A stretch of 64,000 bases of DNA from Sphingobacteriia bacterium (GCA_021151535.1 JAGKXC010000002.1:7174-71173), one strand, 5' to 3'. Counted from the stretch's first letter, positions 37,027-47,234 are shown. Numbers and translations are program-made. Notes: generated from the sequence alone by a model not told the origin.

Positions 37027-37040
37027 TTTAAATCTTTTAA

Positions 37041-37075
37041 AAAAATCCCTCGTTTGTAACGAGGGATTTTTTTTG
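37041..37075 (+). terminator. rho-independent terminator after tsf
   Basis: aaaaATCCCTCGtttgtaaCGAGGGATtttttttt. Confidence 0.75.
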
Positions 37076-37081
37076 CTAATT

Positions 37082-37804
37082 ATGCAAAGTCAAATGAAGT
37101 ACAAAAGAATATTATTGAAATTAAGCGGTGAGGCTCTTTTGGGTTCTCAGAGTTATGGAATTGATGCTAAAGTATTAGAGCAATATGCTTATGAAGTTAA
37201 GGCAGTTGTAGATGCGGGCGTTGAAGTTGCTGTAGTTATTGGTGGTGGTAATATTTTTAGAGGTGTTCAAGGCGCTCAAGGTGGTGTGGTAGATCGCGCA
37301 ACTGGTGATTACATGGGTATGTTGGCTACAATGATTAATGCAATGGCATTGCAAGGTGCATTTGAAAAGGTTGGATTAAGAACTCGCTTACAATCTGCAA
37401 TCAAAATGGAACAGATTGCCGAATCTTTTATCCGTAGAAGAGCAATGCGTCATTTAGAAAAAGGCCGTGTTGTGATTTTTGGTGCGGGTACTGGAAATCC
37501 ATATTTTACAACTGATACTGCCGCCTCATTAAGAGCTGTTGAGATTGAAGCTAATGTTGTAATCAAAGGAACTCGTGTAAATGGAATTTATGATTCTGAT
37601 CCTTTGAAGAATCCGAATGCAAAAAAATATGATCAAATAACTTTTAAGGAAGTATATGATATGGGATTGGAGGTTATGGACTTAACAGCAATTACCTTAT
37701 GCCAAGAAAATAAACTCCCTATTGTTGTTTTTAATATGAACGAAGAAGGTAGTTTGATGCGCTTAATTCATGGAGAAACAGTAGGTACTGCTGTAACTGA
37801 GTAA
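37082..37804 (+). CDS. pyrH: uridylate (UMP) kinase
   Basis: [14 protein letters not shown] and [10 protein letters not shown] motifs. Start at 37082, or at the ATG at 37094. Confidence 0.9.
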   Translation: MQSQMKYKRILLKLSGEALLGSQSYGIDAKVLEQYAYEVKAVVDAGVEVAVVIGGGNIFRGVQGAQGGVVDRATGDYMGMLATMINAMALQGAFEKVGLRTRLQSAIKMEQIAESFIRRRAMRHLEKGRVVIFGAGTGNPYFTTDTAASLRAVEIEANVVIKGTRVNGIYDSDPLKNPNAKKYDQITFKEVYDMGLEVMDLTAITLCQENKLPIVVFNMNEEGSLMRLIHGETVGTAVTE

Positions 37805-37826
37805 TAAAAAAAATACATATAAAGAC

Positions 37827-37857
37827 GGCCCTGAATCTCGTGATTTAGGGCTTTTTT
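37827..37857 (+). terminator. rho-independent terminator after pyrH
   Basis: GGCCCTGAATctcgtgATTTAGGGCtttttt. Confidence 0.65.
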
Positions 37858-37953
37858 GTTTAAACAACATTTTGAGTTATGGATTTCGTCGAATATGCAT
37901 TTAAAGCATCGATACCTTTGTGAATTGGCTAATTTGTTGTTATATATTGCGAT

Positions 37954-40635
37954 ATGCAAAAACTTATACGCGCTATATTTCTTGTTTTAGTTTTGGTTAT
38001 AGTTACAGATGTGTTTTCGGATTCTAATGGCCCCAGTGGGGGATATACCGGTGCTCCATCTGAAAGCAATTGTACTAGCTGTCATGCCACTTATTCTCTT
38101 CAAACTAGTGGTACCAAATATGATAAATTAAAGTTGGAATCGAATTTTACAGGTAACGGCTATATTCCAGATTCTACTTATACTATTAAGATTTCATATA
38201 AGGAAACGGGAAAGTCGCGTTATGGATTTCAACTAACAGCATTGGATGTTGCTACCAATTCAGCAGCGGGTACATTTTCTACAACAGATTCTAGAACTCA
38301 AACAGGTACAAATACTGTTTCATCTAAAACAAGGTATTTTATTGAGCATACTAAAACAGGTACAGCAACGGTTGCCACTGATTCAACTGCTTGGATCATC
38401 AAGTGGAAAGCGCCGAATAAGCAGGTTGGTAAAATTAGATTTTATATGAATTTTAATGTTGCCGATGGGAACAATAACGACAATAATGATTACATATATA
38501 AAAAATCTTGGGATTTAGACCCTTCATCCTTATTGCCTGTGGCGGATGTAAAAATAAAAGATACCATTATATGTAGTGGCAAGGCGATTCAGTTTTTGGG
38601 ATCTGGAACACAGAGCCCCAATACCTTTGCATGGATATTTACAGGCGGGAATATTACAACTTCCAATAGTCAGAATCCTTTAGTTACGTTTCCTTCTTCA
38701 GGTAACTTTTATGCTGTTTTAACTGTGAAAAATTCAAAAGGAACATCATTGCCTGATACATTTAGATTTAAAGTTTTGGCTGGTGCTGTCAAGCCAACGT
38801 TAACAGCTCCTACTGCCGTTTCAATTTGTACTGGCGACTCCACGAGATTGTCGGTGAATTCAATTACTGGTCATACAATCACATGGCTACCCGTGGATAA
38901 CAAAAAAAGTTCACTATTTGTGAAGGATTCTGGTGTTTATTATGCGATGAGCACTAATTCTGTTGGATGTACCAAAAATAGTGATAATGTGAAGGTTTCA
39001 TTATTGAGAAAACCCGAAGGTTTGATATTTACAAAGTCAAATGATACTACTTATTGTTTAAATTCAAGTTTTCAAATTGGAGTAAAGAATAAATATGCTC
39101 CAATAATAGATTCGGTATCGTCTGTTTCTAATAAATCCGGATTCACATATGATTCAACATTTATCCAATCTTTCAATACTTCTGGCACAAAAACAGTAAG
39201 TGCTTGGTTGAAATCCAAAGAGGGTTGTGTTTCTTCAACGATACAATTAAAGGTTGTTGTTTTAGATTCGGCTATTGCGCCAATTCCTAATGCCGTTGAC
39301 GTACAATATACTTCTATCAAATTTGCATGGAAGAAGCAGAAGAATACAAATTATGAGTTTAGTATAGATGGAGGTAAAAATTGGATACTTACCAATAATG
39401 GTGGCCAAGACACTTCAACAGTTATTTTAACACCTACTGGTAATTATTTGGTGAATTTCTATGTGAGAGGTATTGTTTTGGATCGCTGTGGCAAAACAAA
39501 GGTGGGACAATTGTCGATTCGATCAAAGGCATGTTCGCCGATAATTTTTAGCGTTACTGCCAAGCCAGTTTCCAATTCTTGCAAAGATTCGATGTTGAAT
39601 TTGCAATTAAACGCGCCAGGGATTGCAAATTATCGCTGGGCAGTAGGGAAGGATACATTTGACAATAAAAATGCCGCACAATGGAAATTAATGGCAAAAA
39701 ACAATCTAATAACTTTGGGTTTGATGGATATGAATGCGATAATATGTGGATACACAGAAAAGAATTTGCAATGGATAGGTGAGGAAACGCCAATGTTAAA
39801 ATTGAATTTTTCTGGCGATTCTGTTTTCTGCAGATCCAGTCAAGATGCAACCATTGATCTTGGTGTTAAGTTTACATCGCCCGTTAAAAAGAATACACTT
39901 TACAGCTATTTCGATACAACAAAATTGAATTTTAAGGATAGTTTGTTTCAAGTTCAAGTGCGTGTAAGTGGAAGTCATCCTGGTGTTTATGTGCGTGCTC
40001 AATCCGATAGTGGTTGCGTTTCGAAAACGGATTTAACAGGATTGGTAATAAAAAATCTACCCTTGGTTTCTATTTCACAATCGAACATGGGAGATTATCA
40101 ATATTCATGGAGCATGGGGTCTACTACTGCTGTTCAATATAATTGGACCATTGAAGGGTTGGATTATTCTGGTAAAAATATAGGGCCTTTCGATTATTAT
40201 AATTATCGCGGCAAATATGTGCATGTGCGGGCCAAATTAACAGAGCCGGGAGATGGATGTTCAAATACCATATCTGATTCATTTTTAATTGATGTTTTGG
40301 GTGTGAAAAAAATGGATGCTGAGCGTCTAATAGCGTTTGGGCCTAATCCTTTAAAGTCGGGCGATAAATTAATTGTTGATTTCGGTTCCAGTAGTACCAA
40401 TTTAATTCAAACAAAAACAAAGCTACAGGTTCGTATATTTGATGCTACTGGTAAGTTGGTTCAAGAATCAGTAGAAGTTGTAGTAGAGGGCAAGTTGATA
40501 GTAGAAACAGAGAAGTTAGTTGCTGGATTGTATCAAGTTGAAATGGCTGCATTGCCTGGAGCAGAGGCTAATTTCAGTTCAGCTATAAAAACGGTATTAA
40601 GCAACAAGATGAAATTGGTTGTGTTGCAAAAATAA
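37954..40635 (+). CDS. large multi-Ig/PKD-like-repeat cell-surface protein with N-terminal CXXCH-containing domain and T9SS C-terminal sorting domain
   Basis: Signal peptide, SGGYTGAPSESNCTSCH (a CXXCH motif), several ~90-aa beta-rich repeats with conserved Cys pairs, and a T9SS CTD (LIAFGPNPLKSGDKLIVDF...GLYQVEMAALPG...MKLVVLQK). Confidence 0.65.
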   Translation: MQKLIRAIFLVLVLVIVTDVFSDSNGPSGGYTGAPSESNCTSCHATYSLQTSGTKYDKLKLESNFTGNGYIPDSTYTIKISYKETGKSRYGFQLTALDVATNSAAGTFSTTDSRTQTGTNTVSSKTRYFIEHTKTGTATVATDSTAWIIKWKAPNKQVGKIRFYMNFNVADGNNNDNNDYIYKKSWDLDPSSLLPVADVKIKDTIICSGKAIQFLGSGTQSPNTFAWIFTGGNITTSNSQNPLVTFPSSGNFYAVLTVKNSKGTSLPDTFRFKVLAGAVKPTLTAPTAVSICTGDSTRLSVNSITGHTITWLPVDNKKSSLFVKDSGVYYAMSTNSVGCTKNSDNVKVSLLRKPEGLIFTKSNDTTYCLNSSFQIGVKNKYAPIIDSVSSVSNKSGFTYDSTFIQSFNTSGTKTVSAWLKSKEGCVSSTIQLKVVVLDSAIAPIPNAVDVQYTSIKFAWKKQKNTNYEFSIDGGKNWILTNNGGQDTSTVILTPTGNYLVNFYVRGIVLDRCGKTKVGQLSIRSKACSPIIFSVTAKPVSNSCKDSMLNLQLNAPGIANYRWAVGKDTFDNKNAAQWKLMAKNNLITLGLMDMNAIICGYTEKNLQWIGEETPMLKLNFSGDSVFCRSSQDATIDLGVKFTSPVKKNTLYSYFDTTKLNFKDSLFQVQVRVSGSHPGVYVRAQSDSGCVSKTDLTGLVIKNLPLVSISQSNMGDYQYSWSMGSTTAVQYNWTIEGLDYSGKNIGPFDYYNYRGKYVHVRAKLTEPGDGCSNTISDSFLIDVLGVKKMDAERLIAFGPNPLKSGDKLIVDFGSSSTNLIQTKTKLQVRIFDATGKLVQESVEVVVEGKLIVETEKLVAGLYQVEMAALPGAEANFSSAIKTVLSNKMKLVVLQK

Positions 40636-40861
40636 TTGAATTTATTGCAGGCTTTAATTCAGGTACCTTGCAATTTATGAAGTGATAATTTTTGTTGGAT
40701 TGCTTGCTGAATAGGTTTTGGCATACACTTAAGCGCTAGGATTTTGCCTATAGGTGTTTTGATACTGAGGCTATTTATTTGATTGTTGCATTTTTTAATT
40801 AGAAGGGTTAGCCGAAATAGAAATCGGTTGGGCATTCTTTCAAAATGTATGGAAAGTGTAG

Positions 40862-40895
40862 AAACAAAAAATACAGCCTTTGATTTAGGCTGTAT
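40862..40895 (-). terminator. rho-independent terminator after rpsT
   Basis: Minus-strand ATACAGCCtaaatcaaaGGCTGTATtttttgttt. Confidence 0.7.
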
Positions 40896-40946
40896 TAATA
40901 TGGACTAATCTATACAGACCAGTCTCCAAATGTTGTTATCTAAAGA

Positions 40947-41201
40947 TTATGCTAAAGAATTAACGTGTTTCTGTAAACTTGACTTCAAATTGGAAGCCTT
41001 GTTCTTATGAATTACGTTTTTCTTAGCAAGCTTGTCTAAAGCAGCAAAAGCTGTAGCCAATAATGATTGAGCTTCTGACTTAGATTCAGACTTACGGATA
41101 TTCTTCACGATAGTACGAGCTGTTTTGTGCTGATAACGATTCAAGTCGCGTTTTGCAGCGTTTGCTCTGATTCTCTTGATAGCGGACTTATGATTTGCCA
41201 T
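40947..41201 (-). CDS. rpsT: 30S ribosomal protein S20
   Basis: MANHKSAIKRIRANAAKRDLNRY..., canonical S20. Confidence 0.95.
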   Translation of the reverse strand: MANHKSAIKRIRANAAKRDLNRYQHKTARTIVKNIRKSESKSEAQSLLATAFAALDKLAKKNVIHKNKASNLKSSLQKHVNSLA

Positions 41202-41274
41202 TTCTTCTCAAAAAAGGAGTGCAAAGATAAGGAGTCGTTGGCGAATTATCAACATGTATTGAAAAATATTCTAA

Positions 41275-41604
41275 TTAATCTTCATGTTCAGGTGCTAAAC
41301 GAACAATTAAGCCATCCATTTCTGGATTTAAGTGCAGTTGACAGCCTAATCTACTGTTGTTTTTTACAAAGAATGCTTGGTCTAGCATCGCCAGTTCGTC
41401 ATCACTTTGTTCAGGAAGCTCATGATCGCTTTCAACATACACTTGACAAGTAGCGCACATTGCCATTCCGCCGCATTCTCCTTTCACAGGAAGTTCGGCT
41501 ACTTTGCAGAACTCCATGAGGTTGAGACTCATATCGGTTGGAGCTTCGTATTTATTGCTGTTGCCGTTTCTATCGATGATGGTAATATTGATGGTGTTTT
41601 CCAT
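41275..41604 (-). CDS. fdx: 2Fe-2S ferredoxin (adrenodoxin/Fdx type)
   Basis: Cys ligands in GECGGMAMCATCQV ... LGCQ. Confidence 0.8.
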   Translation of the reverse strand: MENTINITIIDRNGNSNKYEAPTDMSLNLMEFCKVAELPVKGECGGMAMCATCQVYVESDHELPEQSDDELAMLDQAFFVKNNSRLGCQLHLNPEMDGLIVRLAPEHED

Positions 41605-41609
41605 GTAAT

Positions 41610-42260
41610 TTAAGGGATAATTGTATCTAAATGTTCTTGGCTATTTTGGGTAATGATGTTGTAATGATAGCTGCCTACTGGTTTTTCAAGTACATAAAGG
41701 CAAACATTGTTATGAGGGAAAATATCCATTTCTTGAAGAGGTGTGTTTGTAAGAAGGCAAAGAAATCCGCGCATTGCTCTTCCATGCATGCAAATAAGAA
41801 CGGGCGATAGGTTTTCTGCTTCAATTTTATTGAGCCCAACCTTCTGTCGATCTTGCATTTCAGTGGGCGTTTCTCCCCCTTCAACGGCTTCATTTAAAAA
41901 GCCCTCGCGCCATCTTTTTAATTGGTTAAAAAAGAGCTTTTTGGTGTCTTCGTCTTGGATTTTCCCTTCTAAAATTCCCCAATTAATTTCATTCAATTCG
42001 GGTAGTATTTCTATGGGTATATTCAAAGAATTGAATGGAGCCACGGTTTGGTGGGTTCGTTTCAATGAGCTCACATAAATCTTTTGAAAAGGAATATGGT
42101 TAAACCTAGAGAAAAAAGCCTCTGCTTGTTTTATACCGGTATTGTTTAAATCTGTATCAACCCCCGAACCCTGAACAATGCCCATTTGATTAAAGTCGGT
42201 TTGTCCATGTCTGATGATATAAATTGTTTTTGTGGATGTAAGGGTTGATTTTTGCAACAT
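41610..42260 (-). CDS. histidine phosphatase (phosphoglycerate-mutase-like) family protein
   Basis: IYIIRHGQTDFN RHG catalytic motif. Confidence 0.75.
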   Translation of the reverse strand: MLQKSTLTSTKTIYIIRHGQTDFNQMGIVQGSGVDTDLNNTGIKQAEAFFSRFNHIPFQKIYVSSLKRTHQTVAPFNSLNIPIEILPELNEINWGILEGKIQDEDTKKLFFNQLKRWREGFLNEAVEGGETPTEMQDRQKVGLNKIEAENLSPVLICMHGRAMRGFLCLLTNTPLQEMDIFPHNNVCLYVLEKPVGSYHYNIITQNSQEHLDTIIP

Positions 42261-42267
42261 TAACTAG

Positions 42268-43428
42268 ATGATAAAAGAAAGCAGCACAAAGATAATGCGA
42301 GATGGGTTAATGAAATGTGACTTTGGTAGGGTTGTTTTTTCTTTACCGGGTGATTTACATTGGCAAGTGTTGGAGGGTCCTGTTTTTTGGGATGAAAAAG
42401 ATACAGAAAAGGCAGGACGATTAGAGGGGTTTTTGGGCAATAAATCTTTGCATAAACAACAATTTGTGTTTCGTGAGTTTGCTGAAAATGGAGCTTTAGG
42501 ATGCATTGAAGGGGACTTATGGCGATGCAATCAATTGGATGATTTGAAGCAGAATTCTTGGTTTCAAATTGCAAAGATTGAATCTTTAAAAAAAGAAATT
42601 GAGGAAAAGGAGGTACTGGGTTATGGAGAAATCGATGAAGGTAAACAACATTCATTATTTACTACATGGGTTGCCCAAGTGAAATCAGAAATCGCCCTAG
42701 GAAATTTTTCCAAAATCGTTGCGGCTCGAAAGGAGAAGCTTTCTGTTATGTATGAAAATGTAGATGTTTTGTCAACTTTGGAGGATTTAAGAATGCAATT
42801 TGCCAATGCGTTGGTATTTGCTCTACAATTGGGCGATGAAGCGATTTGGATAGGCTGTACACCTGAAAAGTTGATGGTGTTAGAAAAGGGGTTGGCACAT
42901 GTGCACGCTTTGGCAGGAACAATCACCAAAGATCAGGAGCATTCCTGGACCTCGAAAGAGGAACAAGAACAACAGGTTACTCATGATTTTGTGGGAAGTA
43001 TTCTAAAGCAAAATGATGTTGTAGATTTTCATAGTACTGCAGTGCAGGAAGTTTCCATGGGTGATATTAAGCATCTAGCAACCGAATATGTTTTTTCTTT
43101 ATCCTATGGCGATGTTGCTCATTGGATTGAACAGCTACATCCAACGCCAGCAGTGGGAGGTTGGCCACAAAAGGAAGCATGGCGTTGGTTGAATGAGTGC
43201 GAAGTTTTGGATCGTAAATTCTATGCGGGATGGCTGGGTTTGTTGAACCCGGATGTGCAGGAGGCGCATATGTTTGTTACATTGCGTTGTGCTGAAATAA
43301 GTAAAGAGGGTGTGTTTTTGTATGCAGGGGGAGGTATTAATAACGCATCTGATCCGGAAACGGAGTGGAAAGAAACGGCTGCAAAAATGAATGTGATTAA
43401 AGGAAGCTTACGGTATTGGGAAGATTGA
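42268..43428 (+). CDS. menF: isochorismate synthase / chorismate-binding enzyme (MenF-like)
   Basis: Chorismate-binding domain blocks: GCTPEKLMVLEKG, HALAGT, HPTPAVGGWP, FYAGWLGLLNPD, RCAEI..., YAGGGI. Confidence 0.7.
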   Translation: MIKESSTKIMRDGLMKCDFGRVVFSLPGDLHWQVLEGPVFWDEKDTEKAGRLEGFLGNKSLHKQQFVFREFAENGALGCIEGDLWRCNQLDDLKQNSWFQIAKIESLKKEIEEKEVLGYGEIDEGKQHSLFTTWVAQVKSEIALGNFSKIVAARKEKLSVMYENVDVLSTLEDLRMQFANALVFALQLGDEAIWIGCTPEKLMVLEKGLAHVHALAGTITKDQEHSWTSKEEQEQQVTHDFVGSILKQNDVVDFHSTAVQEVSMGDIKHLATEYVFSLSYGDVAHWIEQLHPTPAVGGWPQKEAWRWLNECEVLDRKFYAGWLGLLNPDVQEAHMFVTLRCAEISKEGVFLYAGGGINNASDPETEWKETAAKMNVIKGSLRYWED

Positions 43429-43454
43429 AATGCTCTTGTAAACAAAATTTCTAA

Positions 43455-44423
43455 TTATTCCCCGTCGGAATTGGGGTCGGGTTTGAAAAGATTGCCCGGA
43501 CCTTTTTCTGCAGGAGGTTCTGTGGGCATGGGACGTTCGGGAAGTATATTGGGTTTTTCCTCTTGCCCGAAATCTGTTAAATCACTGGGGGCCATCACCC
43601 AAAAACCACTTTTGTTGGGTTTAAAGATGGAATAATCGCCCGTTGGGATATAGTAATATGGATTTCCTTTTACAGCAGGATATGGAGGGCCTAACTCATC
43701 GCATACAATGATATTTTTATCGGCTAAATATCGCAGTACCATTTTTGCGCCTTTGTGATATTCCCACATCCACCGCACTTCTGGGCTGGGGTCTTCTATA
43801 CTTTCTCGGAAAAGAGGTTTGCCCCATTGGGGTTCGTTGTTTTCAAAGTAAAGTACATCCATGACAGAGCGGTTTGAGTGAATATTGTGTCCATCAAAAC
43901 CGAGAACAATATAATGGTGTTTGTAAGGTTTTGAGATAGGGATTATTTGGTAATAAAGTGCACCAAACCATTCTGGGTAGCTAATCGTTGCTTCTGAAAA
44001 ATCCTTAGGCAAAGCATCAACTGAATCGCGTAACGGGAAAACTTGAATTCCTCTTCTGGTTTTTCTCTGAATGAAACCGTAATGGTAAAAAGTGCCGGAT
44101 TGGGGAATGACATTAAAGCTAAAAACGCGCACATTGCATTTTGTTGCAGAAGCAATGGCTACGGTTGTATGTTTTAGCAAATCAAATGGGTAGCTGAAAG
44201 ATGCAGGTTGTTTGAGTAATTCTTCCAATTTTGCGGCTACAAATTCAGCAGCAGCAAATTTTGCGGAATCATTTTCTCCAGCAATTATCCATGGTGAAAC
44301 TTGGATTAATTCTTGTTCCGCCATCATTATTTCCACGTTTTGGGCAGTGAGTTTGTTATTTGCCATTGCAAACAAGTTTACTGCCCAAAACAGGAAAAGG
44401 TAAAAGAGATGTTTTCTTACCAT
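43455..44423 (-). CDS. secreted hypothetical protein (~320 aa, Pro-rich C-terminal tail)
   Basis: Signal peptide (LFYLFLFWAVNLFAMA). No recognisable domain. Confidence 0.45.
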   Translation of the reverse strand: MVRKHLFYLFLFWAVNLFAMANNKLTAQNVEIMMAEQELIQVSPWIIAGENDSAKFAAAEFVAAKLEELLKQPASFSYPFDLLKHTTVAIASATKCNVRVFSFNVIPQSGTFYHYGFIQRKTRRGIQVFPLRDSVDALPKDFSEATISYPEWFGALYYQIIPISKPYKHHYIVLGFDGHNIHSNRSVMDVLYFENNEPQWGKPLFRESIEDPSPEVRWMWEYHKGAKMVLRYLADKNIIVCDELGPPYPAVKGNPYYYIPTGDYSIFKPNKSGFWVMAPSDLTDFGQEEKPNILPERPMPTEPPAEKGPGNLFKPDPNSDGE

Positions 44424-44503
44424 AGATTTTGATTCTACTTAACCGGGAAAAAGAAAACGTTATTTACCTAGATTTATTATAGTTTTTTTGGTAAAACTGG
44501 CGA

Positions 44504-45682
44504 TTAGCAGTTTTTGATTACCATTGCAGACGCTCCGCCGCCGCCATTGCAAATACCAGCACCACCCCAAGTTGCATTGTTTTGTTTCAAAACATTGATT
44601 AAGGTTACGATGATTCTTGCACCAGAAGCACCCAATGGATGTCCCAATGAAACTGCTCCACCGTTAACGTTTACTTTATCGGCAGGCAGGTTTAACAACT
44701 TATTGTTTGCCAAACCAACAACGCTAAATGCTTCATTTAATTCAACGAAATCTAAGTCTGAAACTTCAATACCTGCGCGTTTAGCGGCCAATGGCAAAGC
44801 TTTAGAAGGAGTGGTTGTAAACCATTCTGGTGCTTGTTCCGCATCGGCGAAACCTTCAATTTTGGCTAAAGGAGTAAGGCCCAATTCACGCATTTTATCG
44901 CCACTCATTAAAATAACAGCGGCAGCGCCATCGTTCATTGTAGAAGCGTTAGCGGCTGTTACTGTTCCGTCTTTTTTAAATACGGGTTTCAATCCTGGGA
45001 TTTTATCGAACATTACATTCTTGTATTCTTCGTCTTCAGCAATTACCACATCGCCTTTTCTGGTAGAAACTGTAACTGGAACAACTTCATCATTGAATTT
45101 TCCTGCAGCCCAAGCAGCAGCTGAACGCTGGTAACTTTGGATCGCGAAAGCATCTTGCTCTTCGCGTGAAAAATTCATGTCTGTGGCACATATTTCTGCA
45201 CAATTTCCCATCAAAGTTGCGCTATAAACGTCTGTTAATCCGTCATTTACAATTCCATCAATAGCAGAAAAGTTGCCATATTTATATCCGTTTCTTGAAT
45301 TAGGAAGGTAGTGAGGAACTTGGCTCATGTTTTCCATTCCGCCAGCTACAACTACATCGTTGTGGCCCAACATGATGCTTTGGGCACCCAAAGCAATGGC
45401 TTTCATGCCGCTAGCACAAACCTTATTGATAGTAGTTGCAGGAACATTGTCTGGAACACCGGCAAATTTGGCTGCCTGACGTGCAGGAGCTTGGCCAACG
45501 CCAGCTTGTAATACACAACCCATAAATACTTCATTCACCACATCGGCAGAAACTCCGCTTTTTGCTAAAGCGCCTTGGATGGCAATTGCACCTAATTTGG
45601 TAGCTGCAACTGAAGATAATGCGCCGTTAAAACTTCCCAATGGGGTTCTTGCTGCGCCAACGATGTAAACTTCTTTCGTCAT
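44504..45682 (-). CDS. acetyl-CoA C-acetyltransferase (thiolase II)
   Basis: MTKEVYIVGAARTPLGSF, catalytic-Cys region NKVCASGMKA, and C-terminal GGGASA..CNGGG thiolase signatures. The 53-aa N-terminal extension in the ORF track is rejected. Confidence 0.9.
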   Translation of the reverse strand: MTKEVYIVGAARTPLGSFNGALSSVAATKLGAIAIQGALAKSGVSADVVNEVFMGCVLQAGVGQAPARQAAKFAGVPDNVPATTINKVCASGMKAIALGAQSIMLGHNDVVVAGGMENMSQVPHYLPNSRNGYKYGNFSAIDGIVNDGLTDVYSATLMGNCAEICATDMNFSREEQDAFAIQSYQRSAAAWAAGKFNDEVVPVTVSTRKGDVVIAEDEEYKNVMFDKIPGLKPVFKKDGTVTAANASTMNDGAAAVILMSGDKMRELGLTPLAKIEGFADAEQAPEWFTTTPSKALPLAAKRAGIEVSDLDFVELNEAFSVVGLANNKLLNLPADKVNVNGGAVSLGHPLGASGARIIVTLINVLKQNNATWGGAGICNGGGGASAMVIKNC

Positions 45683-45785
45683 AAATGCTTTTGGTTTATC
45701 TGTTACAAAGATAAGCATCCTCGCCAAGTAAAGTAATCGAATGCTGTTGGAAAGCTTTAGTTTTGTGAAATAATTCGATACTAAA

Positions 45786-46547
45786 ATGATATTGCTCATT
45801 GAATCATCGGCCCAGTTTCCTTCGGTTGGATTATGCAATTTAGAAGGCGAATTGATTGCGCAAGAGGAGCGAATTGAAACATATTCGCATGCGGAGTCGT
45901 TGGCAGAAATGGTGCAATCATTATTGTATTCTATTTCTGGCGATGCATTACAGATTGGAGCTAATATCGGAGATGAGGGGGGAGCAAAAGCCGCTCAACA
46001 TGAAATTTCCGCCATCGCCATTAGCTCTGGACCGGGTAGTTATACTGGATTGCGTATAGGTACAAGTTTAGCTAAAGGGTTAGCCTTGGGTTTTCAAGTG
46101 CCTCTGATTTCTGCTTGCGCGATGGAAGGAATGGTTCAACAACAACTTGCTGAGAATCCCCAATTGAAGATTTCTTTTGCCATGTTAGATGCTCGCAGAA
46201 ATGAAGTTTATTTGGTAGCAAAAAACCAAAACGGAGAAACAGTAGTGGGTCCGGTCCCCAAGATTTTAGATCCAGAAGATTGGTTTTTGTTTTTAAAAGA
46301 ACTTGGAATTAGTGATGAAGGAATGATGGATGAATGGGGCTGTATTTCTGATTGTAACCAGAAAGTTGCAGAAATTTTGCAATTATCAAGCAGAACAATC
46401 CATGTTCAAGAAAATCCGCATGTTAAACATTTGGCCAAAATTTCGGCGCAAAAGTTTGTCAATAAAGAGTTTGAAGATTTGGCGTATTTCGAGCCTAATT
46501 ACTTAAAAGAGTTTGTTGCGGGGATTGGTAAAAAATTTCAACTGTAA
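45786..46547 (+). CDS. tsaB: tRNA threonylcarbamoyladenosine biosynthesis protein TsaB (inactive Kae1/YgjD paralogue)
   Basis: MILLIESSAQ...ISSGPGSYTGLRIGTSLAKGLA pattern. Confidence 0.75.
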   Translation: MILLIESSAQFPSVGLCNLEGELIAQEERIETYSHAESLAEMVQSLLYSISGDALQIGANIGDEGGAKAAQHEISAIAISSGPGSYTGLRIGTSLAKGLALGFQVPLISACAMEGMVQQQLAENPQLKISFAMLDARRNEVYLVAKNQNGETVVGPVPKILDPEDWFLFLKELGISDEGMMDEWGCISDCNQKVAEILQLSSRTIHVQENPHVKHLAKISAQKFVNKEFEDLAYFEPNYLKEFVAGIGKKFQL

Positions 46548-46553
46548 TTTTCA

Positions 46554-47216
46554 ATGGTAAATTCTGCAATCCAATCGGTTAAAAATGTGCTATTCTTGGA
46601 TCAATTGGATAGTTTTACCTTTAATGTTATCGATATGTTGGCTCATTTGGGAGCTTCTGTGAATGTGGTTAATGCGGAAGAAATAGAAATAACATTGCAA
46701 AACAACAGTTTAGACGAACGCAGGGAGTATTTATTGAAGTTGTTGAACCCCTATGACGCCGTAATATTGGGTCCAGGGCCTGGGAAGCCTTCTGATTATT
46801 TTTATTTGTCTGAATTGCTCACTTTGGTTGAATTACAACGTAAGCCTGTGTTGGGAATCTGTTTGGGATTGCAAGCTATTGCCGAATATTTTGGTTGGAA
46901 AGTAATTCATGCAGCAATGGCAAAACATGGTAAACAAGATTTAATAAATCATGCAGAAACAGGTTTGTTTCAAGATATAAAAACCCCTATGCAAGTTGGT
47001 CGTTATCATTCCTTGGTGGTATCGCCAGTAGAAAAAAACACTTTGTTTTTGGGCGATAAAAGCGGTGGTTTAGTAGTAATAGGAATCACCCATGGAGCAG
47101 AAGTGATGGCCTTAAAACATGAGATTTTACCTATCACGGCGGTACAATTTCATCCGGAAAGTGTACTTACGCCAAATGGTAAAATATTGTTGGGCAACTG
47201 GTTGGAATCAATTTGA
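46554..47216 (+). CDS. class-I glutamine amidotransferase, anthranilate/aminodeoxychorismate synthase component II-like
   Basis: GICLGLQ (catalytic Cys), RYHSL and QFHPES triad motifs. Confidence 0.75.
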   Translation: MVNSAIQSVKNVLFLDQLDSFTFNVIDMLAHLGASVNVVNAEEIEITLQNNSLDERREYLLKLLNPYDAVILGPGPGKPSDYFYLSELLTLVELQRKPVLGICLGLQAIAEYFGWKVIHAAMAKHGKQDLINHAETGLFQDIKTPMQVGRYHSLVVSPVEKNTLFLGDKSGGLVVIGITHGAEVMALKHEILPITAVQFHPESVLTPNGKILLGNWLESI

Positions 47217-47234
47217 TTCAATTATTTAGGGTTG

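Noticed and set aside
40636-40946. 310-bp non-coding gap between the T9SS adhesin and rpsT, inspected for tRNA/ncRNA
   Set aside because: No tRNA-like T-arm (GGTTCGAATCC-type) or cloverleaf. The only clear structure is the rpsT terminator hairpin (40862-40895). The rest is AT-rich spacer.
45683-45838. 53-aa N-terminal extension of the thiolase ORF (MHNPTEGNWADD...)
   Set aside because: The thiolase alignment starts at MTKEVYIVGAARTP (ATG at 45682). The extension is unlike any thiolase N-terminus. It overlaps the divergent tsaB gene region.
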